The notes beneath the pieces were generated by a model. That model had not been told where the DNA came from. It worked only from the letters and a program-made list of their open reading frames with translations, and ran no database searches. Position numbers and translations under genes: made by a program. Positions 1-11,248 of a stretch of DNA of 64,000 nt are shown piece after piece (position 1 is the stretch's first letter; every line of letters starts with the position of its first letter). Source of the stretch: Ruditapes philippinarum (taxonomy: Eukaryota); contig NW_026861494.1 in the NCBI RefSeq assembly GCF_026571515.1, positions 248,001-312,000 of the forward strand, given 5' to 3'.

Positions 1-529
1 TATCGTGATAAAACAAAAGATCTTGCCGTCTTTGGACAATTCTCGTAATATATGTATCTATATTTGGTATGTTCTTGCCTCTAGCAAGGTTTTTTCCATG
101 GTGATGTCATTGAGAAAATACCAGTATGGTGGCCAACATATCAGTACATGCCCTTTAATGTCTGTTAGTCAAATAAATTTCTGCATTCATAAACAATACA
201 GGTAACTATGTATTCTGAAGTTGGGCATAAAATTTAATTTATCACCATTTTAAATTTCATACCATATGGAAAAACTGTTGTTTGCTTGTAGATAAATTAA
301 ATTATATGATTAAAGTTGAATAGTTTTAAGCAGTTTTCATTGACAAAGCTGGCTACTAGTTACAATTGTGTAAAAATACTTGAAAAATGTTTTTGTAAAA
401 ATACTGCACATTTGTAACATCGCTTTACATTGGATACTTGTGATGCAAGTTATAAACACAGCTGCCGTCAATTTATGGATTATTTTCATTTTCTCTCTAA
501 TAAAGTAAGTTTGCTGTATGGTAAATTCA

Positions 530-662
530 TTATAAAGATTCCGGACAGGTTATATGGTCATATATAAAGTGTTGTAAGCAATATAACCCTCACCTCCTGG
601 CTCTGGTTATATAGGCATCTATTTATATAAAACCATATTAACCTGTCAAAAATCTTTATAAA
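530..662. repeat. Palindromic short element; related copy at about 5760-5870
   Basis: TTATAAAGATT...GACAGGTTATATGG...CCATATTAACCTGTC...AATCTTTATAA inverted arms. Confidence 0.6.
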
Positions 663-1644
663 TAACTAATAATGTAACCCAATTTATATGTGAAAGCAGT
701 ACATGAAGATAATTTTTTCATGTACTTGTTGAAACAAAAGCAGAAACCAACATTGGCTGTTAGGGAAGTATTTTTCACCAATGTGCAAAATAATTATTTT
801 ATATGAATGAAAACAATAAGAAAATTTGTAACTCAACAATTTTATTTCTTTATATACAACAAAATTACATGTAAAAGTGCTACCAGTTTATTTTCAGTTA
901 TTGTCAACTTATTCATATAAAGTATTTTAACATGTTTTCTATGAAAAATAAATGATAAAAAATTACTGTTCTTTCTTTTATCACTTCCTTAGTTTAACTT
1001 TATAAATCTCAAAGAGTAGGCAGGGATAAATGTAGGCCCATGTCACCAGAATACATTTTCATAGACAAACTTACATATAACACAAGAGTCTGACCTCGCA
1101 AAAACTATTAGTTAAGCCAATTGTTGGAGATTTATCCTAAAATGCCCTGATGTCAAAAATGTTCAAATAAATATAGCAATGTGCTGTTTGAATATCTTAC
1201 AAACTCTCATTGTTCTATATAAACAATTTTACGAGGGCATGATGTGAAATAGATTTATATGGATTTCCATTCAGTCTTCATATCACTATTTTCAGTTAAA
1301 GCAACTCAAAATTCTAGTTTTATTGAGAAATAAATAGATCCTTTGGATATTTGTTTATATTCACATATGGTTTCTCTCAGAGAAAAAGAATTGCATATCA
1401 AATTTCTTTAAACCAAAGTCTCCAGAAATAACCACATTAATGTTGATAAAAGACTTAAAATGAGTCTATGGTATATGATCAAATTTACAATGAATGATAG
1501 GTTTGACCTACTACAACCTCTTTCTTTGACCATTTAATCTCTTTGGATCTTAGTATTTAGTAGAACTCGACCTTCCACATATACATAACACCTTATTCAA
1601 AATTACTCAATACAGTGACCTTAACCATGTGGTGTATATTGATT

Positions 1645-4600
1645 TCACAATACATTTGACCTTGCAGTTGACCTTGAACTTGGTGGTACATTCCAGCTGA
1701 TTCTAAGGTCATCTAGCTGTGATGTATGAATCTTATGTTTCTGTAGGGCATCTTCAGCCCTCCTCTGTGATCTTAACATCATCTCAGCAGATATTGTCTG
1801 GAAACTCTCTGTAAAACAAACCAAGTGTAAAAATCACTCAAATTAGGTAATAAACCCTTAAATTTATAACTGGTTTAATTATTATTCTGAGACAGTCTGA
1901 TGATAATAAGTTGATTTTTTTAAGCACGACAGAGCACTTATCTTGATAACAAATGAGAATCAGTTTGTCAAATTTATGGGTAAACTGTTTCTATAACAAC
2001 CACATATGGAAAAACTCAAAACATCATTATGTATTGTAACATGTACAGGCCTCGACATTAGCGGTGGTCCGTTGGTCCGAGACCACCTGATTTTGGCAAG
2101 GACCACATAATTTTAAAATGCACTGGTCCGTCGGACCACTTGAAATTTCTGGATTGTGCAAGGCTCATTTTGAAGAATGGTGATTTTGTCAAAACATGTT
2201 ATATATATTTTGTTTAAAACCATTTGTCCTATGAACATGTATATGGTTCATTAATAGATTAATCTGATAAGTTAAAGAAGGTCTTAAATCATCAATAACT
2301 TTCATTTTAAGTCGCTAAAATTTTGTCTATGCAAGTTAAAAGAGTTAAGAATTTGTGATATTAAGCTAGGTACAAATTGCATTCAAATGATGCTAGTAAT
2401 GATGCATCGTCGGATTACCACGGTGGAACCTTTAACATTTATGTTATGTTACATGTTAATCACACGTGGGTATCCGACGATGGTAATTATGATATTGTAT
2501 GGGATACCGTATGAACTTTCAATTTCATATACATGAATAATGGCAGCAAACTAAAGGAACTTGAGAAATACATCAAGTTATTTGCTAGTTATCTTTATTT
2601 TAACTTTTTAACGCTAAGAGATCCATTTCTTCCAGAGTTAAAATTACTTTTTTTTTTAAATTTTTGATAAAAGGTTAAAAATACTCAATGTAAAAAATAA
2701 ATATCAACCAACAAGCAACGGGGCGGTAAAAATTCTGTATTCATAATAAATCTGTGAGAAAGATAAGCTAAACTATAGTTATATATAAAGTTGTTTTTAT
2801 TTTTTATCCTTTAGATATTTCCTTGTTTTAAGATAATTTATTAGTTTTTATTAAAATGTTAATCTATAAAAGATACATGTAATTATCATGATTATAAGAC
2901 GTACCACGTATCAGCAATGTATATTTGAATAACTGTAAGAAAAAAAACCCAGACACAAATGGTTTCACTATTCCCTAACTTGAGTTGAGACAGAAATCAC
3001 TTCAATATATAAGTTAACACAAATAAGAGCCCTGTTGTGTATTTTTGAATGAGCTATGAAAAAGAAAACAACAAATAACTTCACGACAGAATACCTACTA
3101 ACTTGCTCTCAGATAAAAATATATATCTAAAATGTCTGTTTTCTTTAAAGGTTAATAATACATCTTTGTCATCAATTTTAAGCATACTTTTTTCTAAACT
3201 TACAGTAAACTGATATAATAATAATAATTGACCACTAAAGTCTTGACTTCTTGAAAGACCACCTTAATTTCAAATCTAGTGGTCCGGCTTACCACCTGAT
3301 AAAAAAGTTAGTGTCGAGGCCTGATGTAGGTGGAAACAGACATGTGACCTTTGATAGATTTTTTTTATGTTTTGAAACAATCAAAAGAAGGATTCATATA
3401 GCATCCCTAAAATTTCTAAAGGACAGTTTAAAATTCGTATTAGAACAAATTCATTACACTTATACACAAAGGGAAAGGTTCAATTAAGATAGGTCTTACC
3501 ATAATTTCCTTTCACTTTATTCACAACTGTTTCCTCCTCATCATCATCATCATCATCATCACTTGATGCTTCTAGACCTACGTCTCTTTTCTCACTGCTA
3601 GATATTGCACTTAAATCTAACTGCTTTAACTTAGGCACATCACGAATCATGTTTAATCTAAAAATAGAATATTACTATAGATTGTAATCAATGTTTGATC
3701 AAACAATAGTTCTAATTTGGAAGCATTCACTACTCAAAGGCAAAACACATCTCAAATAATTTTTGCAAAGGTTCTGAAAATTACATCATAACTTAACTTT
3801 GAGATTTAATGCTAGGAGTCATTAAACTCACATGGCTTTACAAAAGCTAGAGTGTGTCAACATATTTCAACAGTTTCTATCAAAGTCTAACAGCATCAGA
3901 ATTATATACATGTACAACAAAGTAGGTCTGACATTTTGTACCAAGAAGTTTCAAACTTTAGTTTACAATTACATTAGTATATCTAGACTATAGTTCAACA
4001 CTTAATATTAGTTAATTTAATAAATCCATTACAGCACAGTGAAATCAAGGGAGGTAACAAAAGTCATAGTTTGGGACTTGATAGAATTTAAATTTTGTAC
4101 AGAAAATCAGCAGTGGGACATAAGTGGTTGAGTGATTCAGGTGACTTATATAATGACAGTAAATCACTTTTCCATCACTGTTGGGTCAGTCAAAATTTCT
4201 ATCTTATTTTACAGGGATTCAAAACAAATTGTGAATGCATATAAGCATCTGTTTAACATTTAGAACCGAAATTTCAAAAACTTTTTATTCTGTATATATC
4301 CCAGTTTGTGTGTTCACAATTCAAAAACATTAGACAGCTATAAAGATGTGATTCTCATTGAAAGAATCTGCCTTTATGTTTAGTAAAAAAAAATTTAAAA
4401 AATCGTTTCTGAATTTGCAAAACTGTGATTTTTGAGGGTTGGTAGTGGGAGCTTAAATACAAAATAAATAATATTTTATTTAAGGCCTTAGCTTGCTTAC
4501 AGATGGGTGATGGTTCAACTTGTGTACCAATTTTGTCTGACATAATACACATAAGTTCATTCCTCCAACAGTACAACTGAAAAGTCACCATATAACCTAC

Positions 4601-7600
4601 AACTACATAGTATCTGTCTGTGTGACTAAAACTCAGCCAAAAATGATTAGCAGCTTAATCAAGGTGATTGTTTACTCCTGAAATTATACTCAACTTAGCA
4701 ACTTAAATGAAATTTCTTATCCTATTGAACCTGCCATCATAAACTAAAATCTTGGAAACTTAAAGATACAACAAAATCTGTCATCTAGAAGGAAAAAGTA
4801 AAACTATTATTGTTGATAAACAGAAACAATGTACCTGTAGTGAGGATATTTAGTGCATGGATTTCCCTGCAAGTTCAAGATGATCACACTTGATGGTATT
4901 TCATCTGCGAAAAAATATATTTTGTGTATCTTATTTTAATCATTTATAACTTTAACAAATGTTGTAATAAAGACCATTTACAAATAACCTCATTCCATAC
5001 AATGAATACAGACAGTGCAATTTTTACTACATAAGCAAATATATTTGTATTACTGAGCCAGTCTTCACAGCCATAATTAAATAAAGGCAACAATAATAGT
5101 TATAGAACTGACATTGTGTGAATGAAGAGGCATGACATTTTATATTAGCATCCGATGATCAATTCTACTAGTGATATTAAGGACCATTGTTTACCTCCAT
5201 AGATTTTGTACTATATAGTATAACTTGGAATAATTTTCTGGTAGGATAAAAAAACAACATATAAGGTCTCATATTTTCTATATATTACATTAGGTCATTT
5301 AATGGTAAAAAGAAGCAGTTTGTAAACTTATAACATTTTTATTTTACAACTGGGTGTCACTTCCCTGTATTTCAACACAAGGGCCTTTGATATTATTTAC
5401 TTCAAAATGCAGGTCCTTTCTTTATTATGACTACAGTAAGACCCTTTACCTTTATTGAGACCCTGTATTTCAACATGTAGGTTTTGTTTCATATTTTGTG
5501 ATGAAACAGAGAAAAAAAAATTAAATTTTTACTCATGAGAGTATTACAAAAATGATGTTAACCATTTATAGTCTACCATTTAAGCACTTTACTTTTTGAT
5601 AAAATTTTGTAACCTAAACAAATTTAACTTCAATGATTACCCTCAAGTAAAATTAAACTAAAACCTTAATAACCAGAAAAGATGATAGTTGTTTAAGGCA
5701 GGTATCATATAATCAGTATCTTTATATACAAATACTTATTGTTTAGCACATTTACCTGTTATTACAGGTTATATGACTGTGTATAAATGGTTGAAATATA
5801 ACCCGTGCCTAGCAGGGTATGTTATATATAAGCATACAAATGGCCCATATAACATGTCAAAAATTTCCTAACAACAATACTGCACAATTTCCTTATTTGA
5901 GTAAAAAAGACACTTGCTATGGAATTAAGCAGCAGTGAATACAAATTTTATATAAAAATAATAATCATACAATGAAATTGATGCTACAGTGTAAAGACAT
6001 GCTATATTATATCTAATACAGTCATGATAGTGATTACCGTACCTTTATCTACTGCTGATATCTGGTTCTCTGATAAATCTAGGAAGACAAGTTTCCGTAG
6101 ATGTCTTAGGTTCTCTATTTCCCGTATTCTGTTATTTGCAAGTGTTATAAATGTAACGTTTTTTAAACATTCTAAATTCTGTATCTTCTCTATTCTGTTC
6201 TGAAAGAAAGAATGAAATCTGCAATCATTTTGTTTTAAAATTTATGTTACTATTTTATGCAGAATGTGCATGTACATTTTACTATATTACTAAAAATATT
6301 TTGCCCAAGCATTGTGATATGATATGAAAATTTTATGTTAAAATTAAGCTTTATCCAAAAGATATATCAAAAGTACTTTAATAGAGTGGAAAAAAATCTA
6401 GAAAAAAAAACACAACAAATATTTCTTTGCTGTAACAATTTTCCATCTTTATTATTTTGTCTTCTTTTTAAAAGTATTTGAATTAACCAATTAAATGGTT
6501 GCAGTAACTGTGTTTGCCTGAGGAAACTTGACCATATTTCCATTTACACCAGTTCATTCCAGATTTTTTGTTTTGATTTTTTGTTGCACCAACACAGTTA
6601 AGGTCATGATAACTATTCCAGCATTACTGGTGGAGAACGATCTCTCTGGCTATCATTTCAGACACAAACATTGAACTCCAGTACACCACTGGTATTCCCT
6701 ATGCTAGCTGGAAAGCTTCCTCACATGAATGAATCAGAAGTCCCAGGCATAATTAGGAAAGAGCGGTGAGGGGCAAGAGGTTTGAAGTCATAGAACCACT
6801 CAGCCACAAACCAGATTCCAAATAAGTTATTACCAATATGTTTAAATTAATAAATCATTTAAGATATTGTGATTCTCCACATACTACATATACTCACATG
6901 CTGTAGGTAAATATTTGTGCACATGTCACCCAGTAATTCTAGGCTGTCAATCTCCCCTATCCTTTCTCTGTCTAACCTTAGATGTGTTATTTGATTTAAA
7001 GCTTCAACACTGTAAAGTCATTAAAAAGAATGACTGATTATTATAATAAAATAATGTTTAAAGTTCAAACTATAACAATCCTTAACAAGAACCGGTTGAA
7101 CCGGGTGATGCTTCCCGAGAACTGGTTCTGGACACAGGAAAGTATAAAAAAAATGAACAAAGGGCAAAAACTCCAAAATTAGGCAAGGCGGAGTTATGTT
7201 TTTTTGCACTGCACTTCTATTCAATGAGATCTATCTATCTATAAAGTTTCCTGATGATATCAGAGTTATGTCCCGGGTAAAAGTCAAAGTGTAAAACTGA
7301 ACAAAGGGCAATATCTCCAAAATTAGACCAGGCTTTGTTTAGGTTCTTTAAGCATTGCAGTTCTATCCAATTATATCTGGCTACAAAGTTTCATGTTGAT
7401 ATCTCTAATAGTTTTAAAGTTATGTCCCAGAAAAAAGTCAAAAAGTAAAAATAAACAAAGGGCAATAACTTCAAAATAAGGCAAGGCAGAGTAATGATTC
7501 TTAAGCACTGCACTTCCACCCAATGAGACCTATCTATCTACAAAGTTTCATGTTGATATCTCTTATAATTTTAACCCATTACTTCATGGGCATTTTGTGA

Positions 7601-10600
7601 AAAATGGCTGTTTTCATCGAAAAGTCTCCCGTTACAAGTTCAAATTGCTATAATACTATAAAAACTGCTTCAACACTAATCAAACTTGGCACAAATGTTG
7701 ACTGGACCATTGTCCTTGCAACAACATGCTCAGGCTTAAATTTTCTGTTACCATGGCAACGAGGGGACATCTCAAAATTGCCAAAAATCACTATTTTGCG
7801 TTGATTTTTTCCATCAAAATTTATTTCAAAGTGCTTCAACTTCTCAATGGATTGAGATAGAGTCAAATGCTTTTCAGCGTTGGTTACACGTTACCTTATG
7901 ATCAATCTGGGGTCATTTACAGCCTCTCACAAGTCCAAAATTTTCTTGGCGATGAGGGGGACTCCGCCCCCTTCAAACCCCCCCCAAACAGAAGGGGGCA
8001 CATCCCCCTTCTGGCAACCCCCTGATGTATCTTTTGGTTGGGGGACCGCGCCGAAAAAGGGTCACTTTTTTTAACAACATTTCTCAAACAAAAACAAGTG
8101 TTTGGGGCCTAAATAAGGCATTTTTTCATCATTTGAGACAACAAAAAGGGGGGGGGGGGGGGAAAAAGGCGTTAAAAGGCGTGTATATGAAGTAATGGGT
8201 TAATAATGGGTTAAGGTAATGTCCCGGACAAAGTTCAAAGTGTCAAAATGAACAAAGGGCAATAACTCCAAAAGTAGGCAAGACAGTGTTACAGTTCTTG
8301 TGCACTGCAAACCTACTTAATGAGATCTATCCACCTACAAAGTTTCATGTTGATACCTCTTATATTTTACAGTTATGTCCTGGACAAAGTTCAAAGTGTA
8401 AAAATAAACAAAGGGCAATAATTCAAAAATTAGGCAAGGCAGAGTTACGGTTCTTGTCCACTGCACACATACTCAATGAGATCTTTCTACCTACAAAATT
8501 TCATGTTGATACCACTTATAGTGCTAGAGTTATGTCCCAGACAAAGTTCAAAGTGTAAAATAATCAAAGGGGGATAATTCAAAAATTAGGCAAGGCAGGG
8601 TTCTTGTTCACTGCACACCTACTCAATGAGATCTATCTACCTACAAAGTTTCATGTTGATACCTATTATACATTTAGAGTTATGTCCCGGACAAAGTTTA
8701 AAGTGTAAAATTAAACAAAGGGGGATAATTCAAAAATTAGGCAAGGCAGAGTTACGGTTCTTGTTCACTGCACACCTGCTAAATGAGATCTATCTACCTA
8801 CAAAGTTTCATGTTTATACCTCTTACTCATTTAGAGTTATGTCCCGGACAAAGTTCAAAGTGTAAAAATAAACAAAGGGGGATAATTCAAAAATTAGGCA
8901 AGGCAGAGTTATGGTTCTTGTTCACTGCACACCTACTCAATGAGATCTATCTACCTACAAAGTTTCATGTTGATACCTATTATAGTTTTAGAGTTATGTC
9001 CTGGACAAAGTTCAAAGTGTAAAATAAACAAAGGGGGATAATTCAAAAATTAGGCAAGGCAGAGTTACGGTTCTTGTGCACTGCACACCTACTCAATGAC
9101 ATCTATCTACCTACAAAGTTTCATGTTGATACCTCTTATACTTTTAGAGTTATGTCCCGGACAAAGTTCAAAGTGTAAGAATAAACAAAGGGGAATAATT
9201 CAAAAATTAGGCAAGGTAGAGTTACGGTTCTTCTGCACTGCACACCTACTCAATGAGATCTATCTACCTACAAAGTTTCATGTTGATACCTCTTGTTGTT
9301 TCAAAGTTATGTCCCGGACAAGAAAAGGGGACAGACGGACGGACGGAAAGACGGACGGACGGAAAGACGGACGGATAAGGCGGCGACTATATGCTCCCCC
9401 GAAATTTTTCGGGGAGCATAAAAACAGTGATTCAGGGAAATGGAAATCACTTCCATTTACTCCACAAGCACAAAAACTACTTTGCTTACTGGTATAGTTT
9501 TTTTGGAGCCTTAATTACTTTTACAATAACTTGTGAGACCATAGTCTTTAAATCAAAACATTAATTTGGAAAACTTTACAACTTCTTGGATTTATTAATT
9601 AAGTTAAATTAACATTGAATTTTCAAAAAATGATAATAATTGTTAAAGCACAAGTATGACACCACAAACTTTAAAGCTATCGGAATATATTAGCTGTTAA
9701 AAATCAAAAATGAAACTCAAATACATTTCATCCTGGTCCCCTTTCTGAGCTTCTGTTGGGAGATGGCGTTTACAAATCAAATGAAGTGACAGCCTGGCAG
9801 TCTTCTCCTCTTCTGAAATATAACAATGTATATAAAATCAGTTAATAACAAGCTAATTGAATTGGAGATAATTGGTTTAAGTTAACTTCAATGTTGGTTT
9901 GTATTCTCAAAATTATCAAACCCTTTTTGGGGACTTAGAGTTGATATATATGTGACCTTTGTCATGCCACGTGACTTAGCTTTCTGGATGTTGTAATCAT
10001 AGCAGTAATCACATCACTGTGGATTGTTGAATTAAAAAAAAACAATACACAATCAATGGAATTGAAGCCCATAAACCTCTGCATTATAACTTACTAACAT
10101 GGATATGATGCTAAGCATATGTTTTTGGTGTGGGACTTAAACATAAATCTTGTACCCTTACACTTCCCTGTCTCACCATCTTACAGAACGTTCTCCTTTA
10201 AATTTAAAGAATATGAACATGAAGATGTTGGTTTAAACATATTTATCAAAATAAGCTTGATTGCGAAACAAGTTCTTGCAACTTATATTAATCACTTTCG
10301 AGTCCGCTTCCTGGAACGAATAATGGTGGTTTCGTCGAACTACCTAATTTATGAAGAGGTGCGAAAGTGGTTTCGTCAATCTTATGTTATATAGTATTTA
10401 AAGGCAAATTAGACATGGTTCATTATAATATATAAAGTGTTTTTATCATCATCAATATTTTGTTGTAATTAAATTATGACGCAAATGCCATTAATGAATA
10501 TAATATATTGTAAAAGTATGTTTATATATAAATATAGCTAATTATTTTGATATTAAATGATTTGTTCGTTATTTGATTATTAGTTTTGAGAAAAAAAATA

Positions 10601-11122
10601 TTTAAAAAAAAACAATATTATTTTATACCCCCGCATCCATTTAGCATTATTCAACACCTGGGACAAGTATGAAGATGATGAAATTACTACTTCCCAACTA
10701 CTGAGATTATCTAGCCACATTTCATGAATACGATCCAACAACAGTACTTCAACAATGGGATTTATGAGGACGATTTTTCAGTTTGATATATAGAGTGATG
10801 AATAAAACACATATATATTTGTATATAGTGTAATGGGAATGGACTTAGAATTCATTTCTGTCTTAGGATAAATGTTTTCTACCATCAAACACAAATTTTG
10901 TGAACATTCAATTTCAATGAGCACTCCTTTGACATAGATGTTTAAAAAATAATAGATTATTATCTCTATGTCACACAGAATGTTTACTACTGACAAAAAG
11001 ACAGTGAAAAAAGAGAGAGAAAAATATCTTCTTTAACAACAAATAAAATCAGTAAAGTCTAAAAAATATTGCTTAAAGACTTGTTTACCTTGTATTTCTT
11101 GTCTTTCAATTTCGTCTTCCAT
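1645..11122 (-). CDS. LRRC46: Leucine-rich repeat-containing protein 46-like (about 260 aa, 7 coding exons)
   Basis: Minus-strand exons 11122-11089, 9812-9725, 7009-6898, 6199-6043, 4904-4835, 3657-3500, 1808-1645. All introns are GT-AG, phases are consistent, and the CDS is 783 nt ending in TGA. Translation: MEDEIERQEIQEEEKTARLSLHLICKRHLP...ITHLRLDRERIGEIDSLELL...NIYLQHNRIEKIQNLECLKNVTFITLANNRIREIENLRHLRKLVFLDLSENQI...VIILNLQGNPCTKYPHYR...VPKLKQLD...poly-Asp...RSQRR. SDS22-type LRRs, an LRRcap and the RLDRE motif match LRRC46 as I recall it. Confidence 0.88.
2046..3323. mobile_element. Non-autonomous DNA transposon with CAG termini and 5-bp TSD (hAT-like), in LRRC46 last intron
   Basis: TIRs CAGGCCTCGACATTA...TAGTGTCGAGGCCTG, ATGTA duplicated on both sides (2041-2045, 3324-3328), subterminal GACCAC/GGTCC motifs at both ends. 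Confidence 0.8.
6570..6810 (-). mobile_element. Degenerate SINE, same family as 17115-17385
   Basis: GCTAGCTGGAAAGCTTCCTCACATGAA is the reverse complement of the body motif; a T-rich tail lies at the left end. Confidence 0.55.
7084..9424 (+). mobile_element. Helentron/HINE-like non-autonomous element carrying about 10 tandem 157-bp repeats
   Basis: Starts AACAAG with sub-terminal ATGCTTCCCGA. 157-bp monomers (AACAAAGGGCAA...AAGTTTCATGTTGATACC), a (GGAC)n microsatellite at about 9330-9375, and a terminal hairpin ATGCTCCCCCGAAATTTTTCGGGGAGCAT followed by an A-run. Confidence 0.85.
7575..8199 (+). mobile_element. piggyBac-like MITE copy 1 (625 bp), nested in the 157-bp array
   Basis: TTAA on both sides, 13-bp TIR CCCATTACTTCAT...ATGAAGTAATGGG, nearly identical to the copies at 61293 and 62041 in opposite orientation. 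Confidence 0.92.
10647..10727 (+). pseudogene. Short remnant resembling the C-terminus of a Mutator/MULE-type transposase
   Basis: LFNTWDKYEDDEITTSQLLRLSSHIS* resembles the W-x-x-Y...T-S-Q-L-L-R tail of invertebrate MULE proteins, from memory only. Confidence 0.35.
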
Positions 11123-11248
11123 TTCCAAGCATTTGTTTGATCAAGCGTTTCTAACAAGCGTCCAGTCAGTCGGATGAAAAAAGTTGCGACGTAGATTATT
11201 TTAACCAATATTTTGTCGAATATCTAATTGACAGTGTTATCAAACACA
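11123..11248. promoter_or_regulatory. Compact bidirectional promoter / 5' UTR region shared by LRRC46 and CYP20A1
   Basis: 126 bp lie between the divergent start codons (CAT 11120-11122; ATG 11249-11251). The region is locally CpG-enriched relative to its surroundings. Confidence 0.7.

Noticed and set aside
7604-8074. Small ORFs conserved three times in the window (also 61376-61885 and 62124-62633)
   Set aside because: The conservation reflects near-identical MITE copies. The ORFs overlap on both strands, some differ by frameshift between copies, and none has a transposase motif.
8286-9497. Repeated similar ORFs (MRSIYLQSFML...) suggesting a repeat protein
   Set aside because: They are by-products of the 157-bp tandem monomer, which shifts frame at each unit, and they lie inside a non-autonomous element within an LRRC46 intron.
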